From Octopus bimaculoides (taxonomy: Eukaryota): a stretch of 64,000 bases of DNA. The DNA lies in the NCBI RefSeq assembly GCF_001194135.2, contig NC_068998.1, positions 51,748,981-51,812,980 on the forward strand, given 5' to 3'. A program made the translations under genes and the position numbers. The notes under the pieces are model-generated. The model was given only the letters and a program-made list of their open reading frames with translations. It was not told where the DNA came from and made no database searches. Below are positions 26,871-39,588 of the stretch, piece after piece. Each line of letters begins with the position of its first letter. Within the stretch, counting starts at the first letter, position 1.

Positions 26871-28034
26871 ATTAGAGGAGTAAACCTCAATGACAATAAA
26901 TCAAAGTATCTGGGTGTGGATTTAGTTATCAACAGGACCTAACAGACCAGATTCGTGGCTTTGAACTAACAGGATGTCATGCAGAGGATCTTGAATACAA
27001 GACAATGGATGAGACCCTAATATTCTTAGTTAGATGGAAACTGCGGAACCACATGGAGCAGCGCTCTGTGACTCCTATAGTATGTGCAACCGAAACCCCT
27101 TGGGGCATCCTGTGGGGTGACCTAGATAGATAGATAGATAGATAGATAGAGGAATTGCAAACAAACAATCACTCAGACAAGTGATGCTGTTTATTTTCTA
27201 TTTGCTATGAAAACTTGCCACCAGGAAAATATCTTGGAAACAAATAGAGTTTGGTGATAAGAAATGCACCCGACTGTAAAAAATCTGCTCCACTGAATTC
27301 TGTCTGCTCCATGAGAGCATGGCAGAATAGACATTAAATGATGTTGATGGTAGTAATAGTAGTGTTGTTGTTGCTGCTAGTGGTGGTAGTGGTATTTATC
27401 TGATGACAATGTTATGCTTCCACTTAAAATGTAAATTTGAGGGCTAAAAAAATTGATAATTAAATTTACCTTTGGTTTCTTTCAGGTATTTTCTAAGGTT
27501 TCTTAATTTTAATTATAGCTTAGTATTAATGAGAAATATGCAATGACTATGTTCCTTAAAAATAGAAAGCTTTATCAATAGACGCCAGGACATTTAATCT
27601 TCCCAGAGAATTAAAATTCTCTCACTCTTTAAATGATTCATTAATTCATAAGAATCTCATTATTGATGGAAATTTTATAACAGAGATATATTCTGTTCCA
27701 TATTTGTTGTCTGAGTAATATACAGCATCATTCTCATAACTAAGCTGTTACTTCTCTTAACTTCCTTTTCACTGTTATGATAGTAATTCTCAGGAAATCA
27801 TTGATATGCTTTTGTTACACTAATTTTCATTTGTTTCTTATTTAAATACAGTCAATTTGGTGTAGTGACAAAATTAATATGCTTCTTTTATGTAAGCTCA
27901 CAGTCTGTTTGTTGTTATCAATGTGGTCTGGTGATTTGCATCTCAGCTACTTGTTTGTTCCAAATCATTCTAAAATTCATAATCTAAAATAAAACAAAGA
28001 ATATATATATAAACCACACACACATATACACACA

Positions 28035-28085
<51 letters not shown>

Positions 28086-28385
28086 GATGATGATATTCTA
28101 CTTTATGAATTTAACCATTATTATCATTCAAAAAGATAAACTTGTTCTGCATCATAAAATGCTTTATCATTGTCAATAATTGTCTAAGATTTTATTGTTA
28201 TTGTAGCCTTCTTCTTCTTCATCATCATCATGACAACTGCTTTCTCTATGAATGAAGTTTCTTTTAAATATTCAATGTCTTAGAAGTGTATGTCATTGAT
28301 TTTAATTTAAACTTGTTTAGCTCCAGGTCTGACTTGATAAGGCAGATCTAATCCATGATGAAAAGTGTTCTGACTATGGCCCTCT

Positions 28386-28488
28386 CATTTTTTTAAATAT
28401 CTAGAACTACATTTTTTTAAATATCTGGAACTACATTTTTTTAAATATCTGAAACTACATACATTTTTTAAAATATCTACAACTACAT
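28386..28488. repeat. Minisatellite, ~24 bp unit x4 (catttttttaaatatct.gaacta)
   Basis: Direct inspection. Confidence 0.85.
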
Positions 28489-28489
28489 G

Positions 28490-28830
28490 CGTACTGCTAG
28501 TTTTATTGTATTACGGTGTGACTTGAAGCATTACATAGTGCCAAAGATCCCACACTTACCATCAAAATACAGGACCAGATACAGCAATAGCTGGAATTCT
28601 AGATCAACACAGCTCATCAATATCTTCCTGAAACATTTGAAAGACCTACATGGGATGGATATAGATGTCTCCAAGACAAAACTGGATCCCATGTTGCCAA
28701 GAATACTGGATGAGCCAAATTCAAGGCAGAAAACACAAATGAAGGCAACGCTATCAAACGCCCTCATTCACCAAATACTATTAAAGGAAGATTAATGAAG
28801 ATGGAGCCCCAGCATGCCATGGTTCTTGAA
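28490..28830 (+). mobile_element. CR1/L2/Jockey-like LINE 3' fragment
   Basis: ORF 28487-28795: RTRYSNSWNSRSTQLINIFLKHLKDLHGMDIDVSKTKLDPMLPRILDEP resembles the C-terminal NS...RGPxLFNxLPxxLR...FKxxLD motif. Confidence 0.7.
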
Positions 28831-29186
28831 CTGAAACTAATAAAAGAGTGAAAAAGTACTACTTCTAGCAAGTCAAGCATTTATGCTGGATCACGGCAGC
28901 TGTCTCATCAACTTCATGCAAATAATGGATCACATGTAAATTTCTTGTTATTTACTAGAATTTGTATTTTGTGTGAATAGATTCCTAATATAATAAAATT
29001 AAATTCAATCATTTATGTATTCAAGCTTAACGTTGTTGAAATTTCGTTGAGACTATCTTTTGAAGCCCTCATTTAGTACAAAACATCTCAGATGATAAAA
29101 GTGGAGTTAGAAACTCAAAACATTTACTATGTCATAGTTAATTAATTAGCCAGTTAAATTACACAGCAGCTGTTGATATATACTTA

Positions 29187-29344
29187 TATCATCATCATCA
29201 TCGTTTAACGTCCGCTTTCCATGCTAGCATGGGTTGGACGATTTGACTGAGGACTGGTGAAACCGGATGGCAACACCAGGCTCCAATCTAATTTGGCAGA
29301 GTTTCTACAGCTGGATGCCCTTCCTAACGCCAACCACTCAGAGA

Positions 29345-29346
<2 letters not shown>
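29187..29346 (-). mobile_element. 5'-truncated RTE-derived tail copy abutting (TA)n
   Basis: Near-identical to 6723-6880. Confidence 0.85.
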
Positions 29347-29381
<35 letters not shown>

Positions 29382-30748
29382 TTCATGTCCAGTCATATAA
29401 AAACAATTTAACATTAGACTAGAGGATTATTCAGTCTTTTAGTAAGGTAGATATTAACATTTACTAGGAAAAGGTTGACAGTATATTCACTGTTTCAGCT
29501 GGCTCACTGTCAGCGTGTATGTGTATGCTTAAGAAACAATGACTAATTAAACAGGCTCTTTGTTAGTTTATGTGCATTAATTTCAATTAAGAATCAGCCA
29601 TTCCTTGTATTATTTTACGCATTTGATCCTAAGAGTCAATGAGTATGTCATTGTAATAGCACAGTAATGGACAAAACCACCTTGGTTCAGAAAGAAAAAA
29701 CAACACGTGTAAAATACTTAAATAATTGAGCTTTATAAAGAAATTTCTGTTACAAAATGTTAATGCCAAAATGGAAAAGAAAAAGGGGGCAATGGATAAT
29801 TAATCTTTTATGCATTCAAGACAGCAATCTGAAAAGAAAAAAAAAATCATTGTTAAAGCATTAGATTTGTTGTTCTCTTGGATGTAGTATATCCTTCAGG
29901 TTTTCTCATGAAATATCACTACATATGTAATGATAATTACTTTATAAGGTTTCTTTCTTTTTTTTGGTGGTTCAATTATTTTATTTTTTTTTATATAAGT
30001 GTGTTCTTTTAATTGCAACATAAATCAACAGAAGAGCAACAACACTGTTATAACTTTATTTGCTAAATTGTTTGCTTTTTATAATTTACAATTTTCTGTT
30101 TTTCCACAAACTGCAAAAACATGGCATATATATTAAGTCTTTTATCATTTACGTGTTTCAGTCATTGGAATGAGAGTTCCAGTCATTGTACTGCGACCAT
30201 GCTGGGGCACTGCCTTGAAGAGTTTAGTTAAACAAATTAACCCTAATATTTTTTTTTTAAAACCTGGAACTGTCAGTACCTTTTTGCTGAACCACTAAGT
30301 TACAAGAACATAAACAAATTAACTCTAGTTGTCAAGTGGTGGTGGTCACAAAGATACATGCACACACAATGGGCTTCTTGCAGTTCCCATCAGTCAAACC
30401 CACTCACGAGGCTTTGGTTAGCTCAGGGCTACAGCAGGAGATGCACCACTCAGTGGAACTAAACCCAGAACCACATGGCTAAGAAGCAAACTTCTTACCT
30501 CACAGCCACACCTGCACTTTATTATTTTTTTTTTTTTGTGTGCTGATAATGGTGGAAGGGTCATTTATCTACCTGCAAAATACCTGTTCTTGTTCATCCT
30601 CATGCATCATTATTGTTTGATGTAGGTAGTTGTTATTTTCTTAACAAGTATATCTCATTTAATATCACTATCATCAGTTTTTGCATCTGTTTATTTTCAT
30701 GCTAACACAGGTCACAAGGATTGGCTTTACAGCTTCTTTCTAATTTGG

Positions 30749-30789
<41 letters not shown>

Positions 30790-32173
30790 CTGGTCTCTTT
30801 GTTCATTTTATTTTTATCTGAATTTTTATTTTGATTTGGTTTACCTGAATGAGATTTATTCACTCTGTCAGTTTTGATTCCACCAAACACATACACACAT
30901 GAGTCAGTGAGAAAGCTTCTATGCAGGTGCTTGGTTTGCTAGAAATAACAACTAAACAACCAAATTTGCTTTTGTTGTCTGTTAAAATGCTGTCAATCTT
31001 TGGTCTGCTTAGTCAAAGCAGATGAAAGGCTAAACAATACCAACACCATCACAAGAAGCACATAGAACACATACGTGTGTGTGTGTGTGTAGGTTTGGGC
31101 ATGGCAATGTGATAAACATCTGCTTCCTAACGACATGGTTCTGGGTTCAGTCCCACAGTGTAGACCATTGGGCTAGTGCTTTCTACAATAGTCACAGGCC
31201 TACTAAAGCCTTATGAGTAGATTTAATAAACAGACTGAAGGAAGCCTATTGCATGTATATATATGGTGGAATTTCAAGTGGACAACACTATAAATAATAC
31301 TATGTAAATATTTGGTGTAAATAATTGAACAAATAAGCTCTTAGTTACTTTATGTATGTATATTTTTGTATATATTAATGATTTTAAGATGGGAATTTGT
31401 ATATTTAGGTAGTTGCAAAAGCCTCTCTTATCATTCCACCCTTAGGAAGACAAAATTTACATTATCTCTACTGAAATAATGAACTTCCTTGCCTGCTCCC
31501 TTAACCATCTACTCTGAAGATATGAAATATAGAAAACGGAAGAGGATAAAGTAGAAGAATAATTTTGTTCAACAGGCAGCTGACACATGGTCGCTCATCC
31601 TGCTGAAAATAGCTGCCAAATCTCATAAATCACACCCTAACATTTTAAATAAAGGTTATATTGTACAGTATAGTTGCTGATATATATCTGTTATAATGAT
31701 TAATAGAAAAATCTCCAGAAAATTGTATTTCTGCTAGTATTAGGTAATAACTTTTCTTTTAGACATGTATTGACAACAACTATGTTCTAGTTTTGTCATT
31801 TTTATTATTTTTTTATTAAGATTTTTTTTTTTTTCATTTCTGCATGAGTTCCTTGCTGTTTGTTTCCTTGGAAACATTTTTACACATTCAGAATTGTCAA
31901 AGCATGAAATAATCTGGTTGCTGGTTGTTAGCTGTCAGGAAATCCTTCAAAAATTCCGTGCTTCCTGAAATTTTCCAGTGCCACTTTTGACACGCATATG
32001 CACCCTTTCACTGCATATTTTCCTGTCATTTAGTGTTTTATTCTGTGTACTCTACATGTACTTCTGGCTATCATTGTACTCTTTCTTTATTTGACTTATT
32101 ACCACTTCCTTTCCCTTCAATTACCCTCTTTCAATGAGTTTTTGTACATCTGAGCACTTTATACAATATGCTA

Positions 32174-32232
<59 letters not shown>

Positions 32233-32334
32233 GGTGGTGAGCTGGAAGTCATTAACACGCTGGGTGAAATGCTTAGTGGTATTTCATCTGCCATTATGTT
32301 CTGAGTTCAAATTTCAACTTTGCCTTTCACCCTT

Positions 32335-32555
32335 ACTGCCTGACTGGCCCTCATACCGGTGGCATGTAAAAGCACCCACTACACTCTTGGAGTGGTTGGC
32401 GTTAGGAAGAGCATCCAACTATAGAAACTTTGCCAGATCAGATTGGAGCCTGGTGCAGCCTTCTTGCTTGCCAGACCTCAGTCAAACCGTCCAACCCATG
32501 CCAGCATGGAAGGCGGACGTTAAACGATAATGACGATGATGATGATGATGATGAA
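32335..32555 (+). mobile_element. RTE-derived 3' tail copy with (GAT)n tail
   Basis: Near-identical to the family core. Confidence 0.85.
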
Positions 32556-33859
32556 TCAATATGATTTATGTAAACACTACTAATGAAATTAGTAATTTGA
32601 CCATTTGATTTATATGTGAGCAGCTAGGTGTTTACTCTTGCTTGTTAATGATAGACAGATAGAAGCAATACTTTGGTAGAAGAGTATAGTTGGTTAAACC
32701 AATCCAAGTACTTAAACAGTACTTTGTTTTGTTGACTCCTGACCTTGCTGAGATTTGAACTCAGACGTAAAGGGTGGTTGGTAACTGCAAATATTTATAC
32801 AATGTTGATCAATAAATTTTTTTATGTGATGGTGATTTTTAAACACAACACAATGCTAAGTAACCACACTCACGAATACTCTAATCATGAGCTAGAACAA
32901 GCTAAGAAGAGGAAGTTAGACCTTGTTAATATGCACTTGGAACATTTCACAAGGTTTCATATATGCGCAATAATAAATAACAACTAAGAAATATAAATCT
33001 TTGAGACAAACATAAAATCAGAAACTTAATCTAGGAAATACTGAATGTAATATTTCATTCATAGTATTTTTGGTATATTTTAAAAGCGTCTCGTAAAGTA
33101 AGATTATAACTTTTCACCCTATTCATTTCATGTTCAAATTTGAACATTTTGGGAATATTTTACATTTATAACTTGTTTCAGTTTGGGTGATGTCTGATCA
33201 TTAGCAAGTGTCTTATTCCTACATGTGTTCCCTGTTAGAATTCAGTCTGTTTCTATGTAAGCATCTGATCTGAAATCAAACCAGTTGAAATAGAGTACAG
33301 ATGTAACATTAAAAGTTTTTTGTATATTTTTAAGTATTCATTTCTGAAGATGTAAATAAATTTAGAAGATGAATAAATTAAACAGTACTAATTTAATTAA
33401 AGATATCTCATCCCAGATATTTTAGACATTTATATAAAAGTATCTGATGCCATCTAATTTGATAATTATTCTCTTAACTTTACAGTATCACAGGCAATCC
33501 AAGACTCTATAGTCTTGTTCGTTAGGTTCCACTTTAGATCAGAGATATTAAAAGAAGAAACATTGCTTTACTTAAAAATTCACAAATTTAATGAAATTGT
33601 ATCTTTAAACATCTTGATTAGGTTCCAGAGAGAAGAGTAAAATTTCTCCCAAAGTTTAAGTTGATTGGGACTTCACAAATAATATATATATATAAAGTAG
33701 TTGTATGCTGTCAACTTAATGTGACAGTCCCATGAAGGGAATAATACTACTGCTATTTAGCCCTAGGAAGCAGCACCGCTTCCTGTCGGCCTTGACACAT
33801 TTTCTGTGTCCTTATGTTTACAAAGGAGAGACAAGCACCTCCACTTAGCTAAGCCTGCA

Positions 33860-33902
33860 TCCAGAGACATGTTTCTGAATCTTTGCTCGTCATCAGTCTG
33901 GA
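33860..33902 (-). ncRNA. Second copy of the minimal type I hammerhead ribozyme motif
   Basis: Reverse complement reads TCCAGACTGATGACGAGCAAAGATTCAGAAACATGTCTCTGGA; one change from the plus copy, which gives a G-U pair in stem II. Confidence 0.8.
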
Positions 33903-34259
33903 GTAGCAATGGCCTGCTCCTTGGAGATGCCTTTCAAGCTCTCATAAACATGTAATAATTCTAGTGAAACACATTCACCGATTTCAAAAATAGAAATAAT
34001 ACGTTTCTAAATCTCTCAGAGAGATTTATGCAGTAGTGATGCGATGAAGTAGTTGTATGCTGTCAATTTAATGTGACAGTCCCATGAAGGGAATAATAAT
34101 ACTACTGCTATTTAGCCCTAGGAAGCAGCACTGCTTCCTGTCATTAGAAATTTAGATATGTATTGTTTCTATTTTTGAAATCAGTGACTATGTTTCACTA
34201 GAATTATTATATGTCTACGAGAGCCTGACAGGCATCTCCCACTAGCCGGCCATTGCTAC

Positions 34260-34302
34260 TCCAGACTGATGACGAGCAAAGACTCAGAAACATGTCTCTG
34301 GA
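34260..34302 (+). ncRNA. Minimal type I hammerhead ribozyme motif
   Basis: TCCAGA-CTGATGA-C-GAG-caaaga-CTC-A-GAAA-C-ATGT-C-TCTGGA: 6 bp stem I, CUGAUGA and GAAA core, 3 bp stem II, palindromic ACATGT stem III, GUC cleavage triplet. Confidence 0.8.
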
Positions 34303-35029
34303 TGCAGGCTTAACTAAGTGGAAGTGCTTGTCTTCCCCTTGTAAACATAAGGACACAGGAAATATGCCCCTCACCTCCTGACATAAAGTTGCTCCCTCAT
34401 GGTTTATAGCCTTGCAAACTACATGACAGCCTGACTAGGGCTGGTGGCATAAAAAAAAAAAAACTCAATACATGCTGTAAAGTGCTTGGCATTAGGAAGA
34501 TCATCCAGCCATAGAAAGGATGCCAAAGCAGGTATTAGAACACACTGCAGTCCTTGGGCCCATTGGATCTTGTCAAACCATCCAACCAATGACAGCATGA
34601 AGCATGAATGTTAGATGATGCAAGCATATCTATATATCTATGCACATATTTACAGAGAAATAGATAAAAAGACTGAAAGGTAGATGTGTATACACACACA
34701 CAAACACACATAATGGTGTTTGTAATTTGAGAAAAATTTTGTCATTAATTTTAACAGATCAAATAGTCTTGCAGACACAAACATGCTTGTTGGTTTACCA
34801 TGTTCACTCAATATTCTATAGTATTTAGAATATTTAATAAGTGGTTCTGTACATCATATTTTCATTAGATATTGAATTGTGCTACTGGCTTTGTATTCCG
34901 TATGTTGGTTAGATGGTTTGAAATTTTAAGTATTCTAATTTGATTGGCTGAGGCTATACACAACTAGTTTCACTTTGGAATACTAATTTGTATGTGTTAC
35001 TTTGATTTGCTGGCCTATACACATGGAAA

Positions 35030-35205
35030 CATGCACACACACACACACACATTTATGTATATATATATATGTGTGTGTACTTATATATGTTTACATACAT
35101 ATATACTTACATACACACACATGTATGTGCATGTGTGTATTTGTATGCAAATATGTGCTCATATATATTACATGGATATATATATATTATATATATACAT
35201 ATATG

Positions 35206-35237
<32 letters not shown>

Positions 35238-35322
35238 TCTATGTGTATGTATATATGTATATAAGTGTATATATGTTTGTATATGTACATAGGTGTATAT
35301 ATATATATATATATATATATAT
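35030..35322. repeat. Degenerate purine-pyrimidine (TA/CA/TG)n low-complexity tract running into the gap
   Basis: Direct inspection. Confidence 0.9.
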
Positions 35323-35672
35323 NNNNNNNNNNNNNNNNNNNNNNNNNNNNNNNNNNNNNNNNNNNNNNNNNNNNNNNNNNNNNNNNNNNNNNNNNNNNNN
35401 NNNNNNNNNNNNNNNNNNNNNNNNNNNNNNNNNNNNNNNNNNNNNNNNNNNNNNNNNNNNNNNNNNNNNNNNNNNNNNNNNNNNNNNNNNNNNNNNNNNN
35501 NNNNNNNNNNNNNNNNNNNNNNNNNNNNNNNNNNNNNNNNNNNNNNNNNNNNNNNNNNNNNNNNNNNNNNNNNNNNNNNNNNNNNNNNNNNNNNNNNNNN
35601 NNNNNNNNNNNNNNNNNNNNNNNNNNNNNNNNNNNNNNNNNNNNNNNNNNNNNNNNNNNNNNNNNNNNNNNN
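35323..35672. other. Assembly gap (N run); a second 10 N gap at 42546-42555
   Basis: N characters. Confidence 0.98.
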
Positions 35673-36563
35673 TTTCATTTCATTTTGCATTTTTTTTAAT
35701 TTCCTGATTTTTTTTCTTTTAACTCAAGGATTGATTTCTACATTTAAATAAAAAAAAAAAAAAATGATGATAATAATTATATTTTATTAGCTGAAAAAAA
35801 GAAATCAACTTGTAGTTGCTTAGAAAATAAATATTATTGTGATGTTAACCCTTTGAAATTGAAGTAGATTGTACAACAGAAATGTTACGTTACATTTTAA
35901 AAAGATTTTGTATCATACATTTTGTAAACAAGTTGTTGCTTGTAGAATTCCAGCAGGCCAATCACTGATTCACTGCATTACCAAAGGCTAGAGTGACGGG
36001 GATGTGATTCAGGCAAAATAAATAGCACAAGTTATTTTTCTCATCAACACTCTCTCTTTTACTCTTTTACTTGTTTCAGTCGTTTGACTGTGGCCATGAT
36101 GGAGCACCACCTTTAGTCGAGCTAATCGACCCCAGGACTTATCCTTTGTAAGCCTAGTACTTATTCTATCGGTCTCTTTTTGCCGAACCGCTAAGTTACG
36201 GGAACGTAAACACACCAGCATTGGTTGTTAAGCGATGGTGGGGGGACAAACACGGGGTCTTTATATGTGTATGTGTGTGTGTGTTCGTGTGTTTGTGTGT
36301 GCATGTGCATGTGTATGTTTTATATATATGTATATATGTATTATATGCTGTTTCAGTCGATGGGTTATGCCCATACTGGAGCACTGAGATTCAAGGATTT
36401 TTAATTCTGGTACTTATTCTATAAGCCTCTTTTACCAAACAACTGAGTTTATAGTAGAGTTTTGGGTAGAGAAAACACTTACCCAAGGTATCATTCTGTG
36501 GAACTGAATCCAAAACTGTGTGGTTGAAGGGCAGACTGCTCAACCACATAACCATGCCTGCGC

Positions 36564-36601
<38 letters not shown>

Positions 36602-36790
36602 CAAGCTACTTTAGCTTCTGTCTACCTACATTTACTCACATGCTATTGGTCAACCTGCAGCTGTAGTATGGGGCACAGAGCACCAGCTTACAGCATTCAC
36701 ACCGTAACCATATGGTTCCAAATTGAACTTCATAACCACGTAACCATACACACTTGCCTGCACTTGTATGTTGAATAAGATACTCCTTAC

Positions 36791-36869
36791 TCATTGCAAA
36801 CGAGTAATACAACAGATCCAGTATGATCGCTGGCAGAATGATGGAGTATGAAAGGTTCAAAAGTGATTG
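36791..36869 (-). CDS. Candidate internal exon, phase 0/1 (QSLLNLSYSIILPAIILDLLYYSFAM)
   Basis: tttctattgttaaatAG acceptor, ATGA|GTAAGG donor, transmembrane-like product. Confidence 0.3.
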
Positions 36870-38818
36870 CTATTTAACAATAGAAAGCATCTTGAAACGA
36901 TTTCCATGAATTGTCCATTTAAAGTGTTGCTAATAAATTGAATGTTTATGCTGAAATAGGGAAGTATTAATGTGGCTGACTCCATCAATTACCTGACTTA
37001 ATACATTATTGACAGCTAATTACTTGATCAAAATTTATACTTTTCTCACCAGTCTTACTATATTTTTGAACATGGAAATATCGTTAATTACTTCTATTTT
37101 AAATATAATGTTAATTGCATTTGATATGTTACATTAATTACTACTTCCCTTGGAGATGTAGTTCTAGTTATTGTATCTAGTTATTTTTGTGTGTGTGTGT
37201 GTGTGTTGTGTGTCTCTGTATATATGCTTCTATTTCATTATTAGAGTGATAGTTCAGTACTGATGTTACAATTGATTATAAATATTACAGAATCATTAGA
37301 ACATCTGACAAAATACCTTGCGGTATTCAGTTACAACCCTTCCCAGTTTGTGATCAAATCCTACTGAAATCAATTTTTCCTTTTCATCCTTCCGGGGTTC
37401 AGTAGGATAAAGAACAAATCAAATAGAGGAATCAATTTATTGACTATACACTCCTCCACAACGTGTGGCCTTGTTTTTGTATTAGAAATCAAATATCATA
37501 GATTATTGAAGTTTACTATTGTCCATTTCCATTAAATACAACTAATTTAGTTTCCTGATTCTTTTTCTTCAATGCTTTGCCCCTTGTTCGTATGTTGATG
37601 GTTCTTTCTTCCGTTATACACCATATCTGTATTTTAAGAGAGTCGTTTTGCCTATCTACCATATTTCCATATCGGCATGAGAGGGAGGAGTTCCAACCAC
37701 ATTTCATGGTTCGCTACCTCAGTAGCTCCTTTATATGATCCAGTGGCTAAAGACATCATCAGGAGCCACGCTAAATTGCAAGGACATAAACACACCAACA
37801 CCAGTTGTCAACTGTTGGGGGGACAAACACACGCACACACACATACACACACACACACATATATATGATGGGCTTTTTTTAAATTTCTATCTACCAAATC
37901 CACTCACAAGGCTTTGGTCAGTCTGAGGCTATAGTAGAAGACACTCACCCATGGTGCCATGTAGTAGGACTGAACCAAGAACCATGTAGTTGGGAAGTGA
38001 TCTTTTCACCACCACAGCTATGCATGTGCCTTTGTATACACTAAAAGCGTTTTTGCCCAAATATATGCTACTGAAATTGAGGTGGGTTTAATATAACTGT
38101 GCATTTTTTTTTACCAGCAAATAATCTGTTGCCCAGTTCAGCACCACTAACTGGCTTTCAAATACTTTCAGTGTTCTCCACATTGTTGCAGGCATTTAGG
38201 GTAGGGCTTCAGTCTGAAAAGAACTTCCTTTCTTCCTCACACCACTGATGGAGTCCCTGGAAAAGGTCATAGGTTTTGTTTTTCCTCTTCTGATGAAATC
38301 TTGAACTAAAAAATAAAAAAGAGAAAATAAAGCAGAGTAAGCCAAAGAAATGTTGTGTAAAGATACAGCAAAATATCTTAATAAAAATGATGATAATTTA
38401 GTTGGTTTGTCCAACATCTGAAATTTTCCGCTTTCTTCACTCAGTGAAAACCTCTTCTTATATAACAATAGTTGGCTTACATTTTCAAATAAAACTGTGG
38501 AAACAGAAACTTGGACAGATAGTCCAACAAATGCCTTTGTATTCGTACAAGTTGTAACTTACTTTATTTAAGATTGCTTTGTCTATTTATTCCAAGTATA
38601 GATGGAAAGAAAGAAAAAAACTATTTTGATTATCTTTAACACTTTTAATATAAAACTGCCAGAGACTGCCTGTAGATAAGTATTATTCATAGTTAAAGTG
38701 AAATCTCAATCAAAATCCTATTACAGCAGGACTGATAGCAGGTGATATCTTCACATATATATAGAGATGTGTGCGTGTGTGTGTGTGTATGTGAGGGGAC
38801 GGGGTAAGTAAATCATTT

Positions 38819-38866
<48 letters not shown>

Positions 38867-38867
<1 letters not shown>

Positions 38868-39075
38868 GAGCTGGCAGAAACGTTAGCATGCCGGTTGAAA
38901 TGCTTAGCAGTATTTTGTTTGTCTTTACGTTCTGAGTTCAAATTCCGCTGAGGTCGACTTTGCCTTTCAGCCTTGGTGGGGGGGGGGCGATAAATTAAGT
39001 ACCAGTTTCATACTGGGGTCGATCTAATTGACTGGCCCCCTCCCTAAAAATGACAGATCTTGTGCCTAGAATAGA
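38867..39075 (+). mobile_element. SINE-like family A copy, immediately followed by a family B copy
   Basis: Matches 232-445. Confidence 0.85.
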
Positions 39076-39079
39076 ATAG

Positions 39080-39260
39080 TAGGCGCAGGAGTGGCTGTGT
39101 GGTAAGTAGCCTGCTTACCAACCACATGGTTCCGGGTTCAGCCCCACTGCGTGGCACCTTGGATAAGTGTCTTCTACTATAGCCTCGGGCCGACCAAAGC
39201 CTTGTGAGTGGATTTGGTAGACGGAAATTGAAAGAAGCCCGTCGTATATCTGTATATATA
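39080..39260 (+). mobile_element. tRNA-derived SINE family B, well-preserved head; other copies at ~2695-2890, 8135-8290, 12775-12890, 14150-14290, 15030-15185, 22140-22500, 24185-24320, 25440-25785, 30145-30520, 31090-31260, 36050-36570, 37690-38030, 45420-45800, 49120-49290, 55070-55235
   Basis: A-box TGGCTGTGTGG and B-box GGTTCAG(T/C)CC, then ggcaagtgtcttctactatag...gtggatttggtagacggaaa core, internal (GT)n and ...cagtcaaatgactgaaac tail. Confidence 0.85.
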
Positions 39261-39562
39261 TAGATGTGTTCTTAAGAGAATTGTTGCCAAAATCTATCTA
39301 AATCAATTATTTCACAATAAAAATCTGATGTTAAGTAAACCGAACAAACAATCACCCCCCCCCCCCCACACACACACACCATCCTGCTACTCACAACATA
39401 TTATTTTTTATATAAGTGATTAACAATCTTTTCCTTGCTGTGTCAACAATGTCCAGTCGTCGATAAACCTTGTGGCAAATAAATGATTATTTCACTATTT
39501 ATTATTATTGTTGTTGTTGTTGTTGTTGTTACCATCTAATCTCATTAACCAAATCTACTTAC

Positions 39563-39588
39563 CTTACAAATCCTCTTGTGTTCTACCC
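39563..39588 (-). CDS. Candidate 26 nt exon (VEHKRICK), possibly extending to 39667
   Basis: actctcatctgtAG acceptor, AAG|GTAAGT donor; a competing plus-strand exon signal lies next to it. Confidence 0.2.

Larger units (their letters stand above)
33695..34366 (-). mobile_element. Non-autonomous Penelope-like (pseudo-LTR) element: full unit, partial tandem copy and inverted copy
   Basis: Direct repeat 33695-33787 / 34047-34142; inverted arms ~33796-34012 / ~34147-34366; hammerhead in each arm; no ORF. Confidence 0.7.

Noticed and set aside
28386-28488. Regularly spaced short repeats as a CRISPR-like array
   Set aside because: Units are contiguous with no unique spacers, in eukaryotic DNA; an ordinary minisatellite
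35069-35751. ORFs of 144-212 aa
   Set aside because: Made of dinucleotide repeats and the N gap
38116-38305. Strong minus-strand acceptor at 38305, and another at 24819
   Set aside because: All three frames stop soon after each acceptor and no convincing donor links them to neighbouring candidates
39080-39160. tRNA-like heads here and at ~12490, 14325 and 15690
   Set aside because: A and B boxes are present but no complete cloverleaf, and each continues into a SINE body, so not tRNA genes
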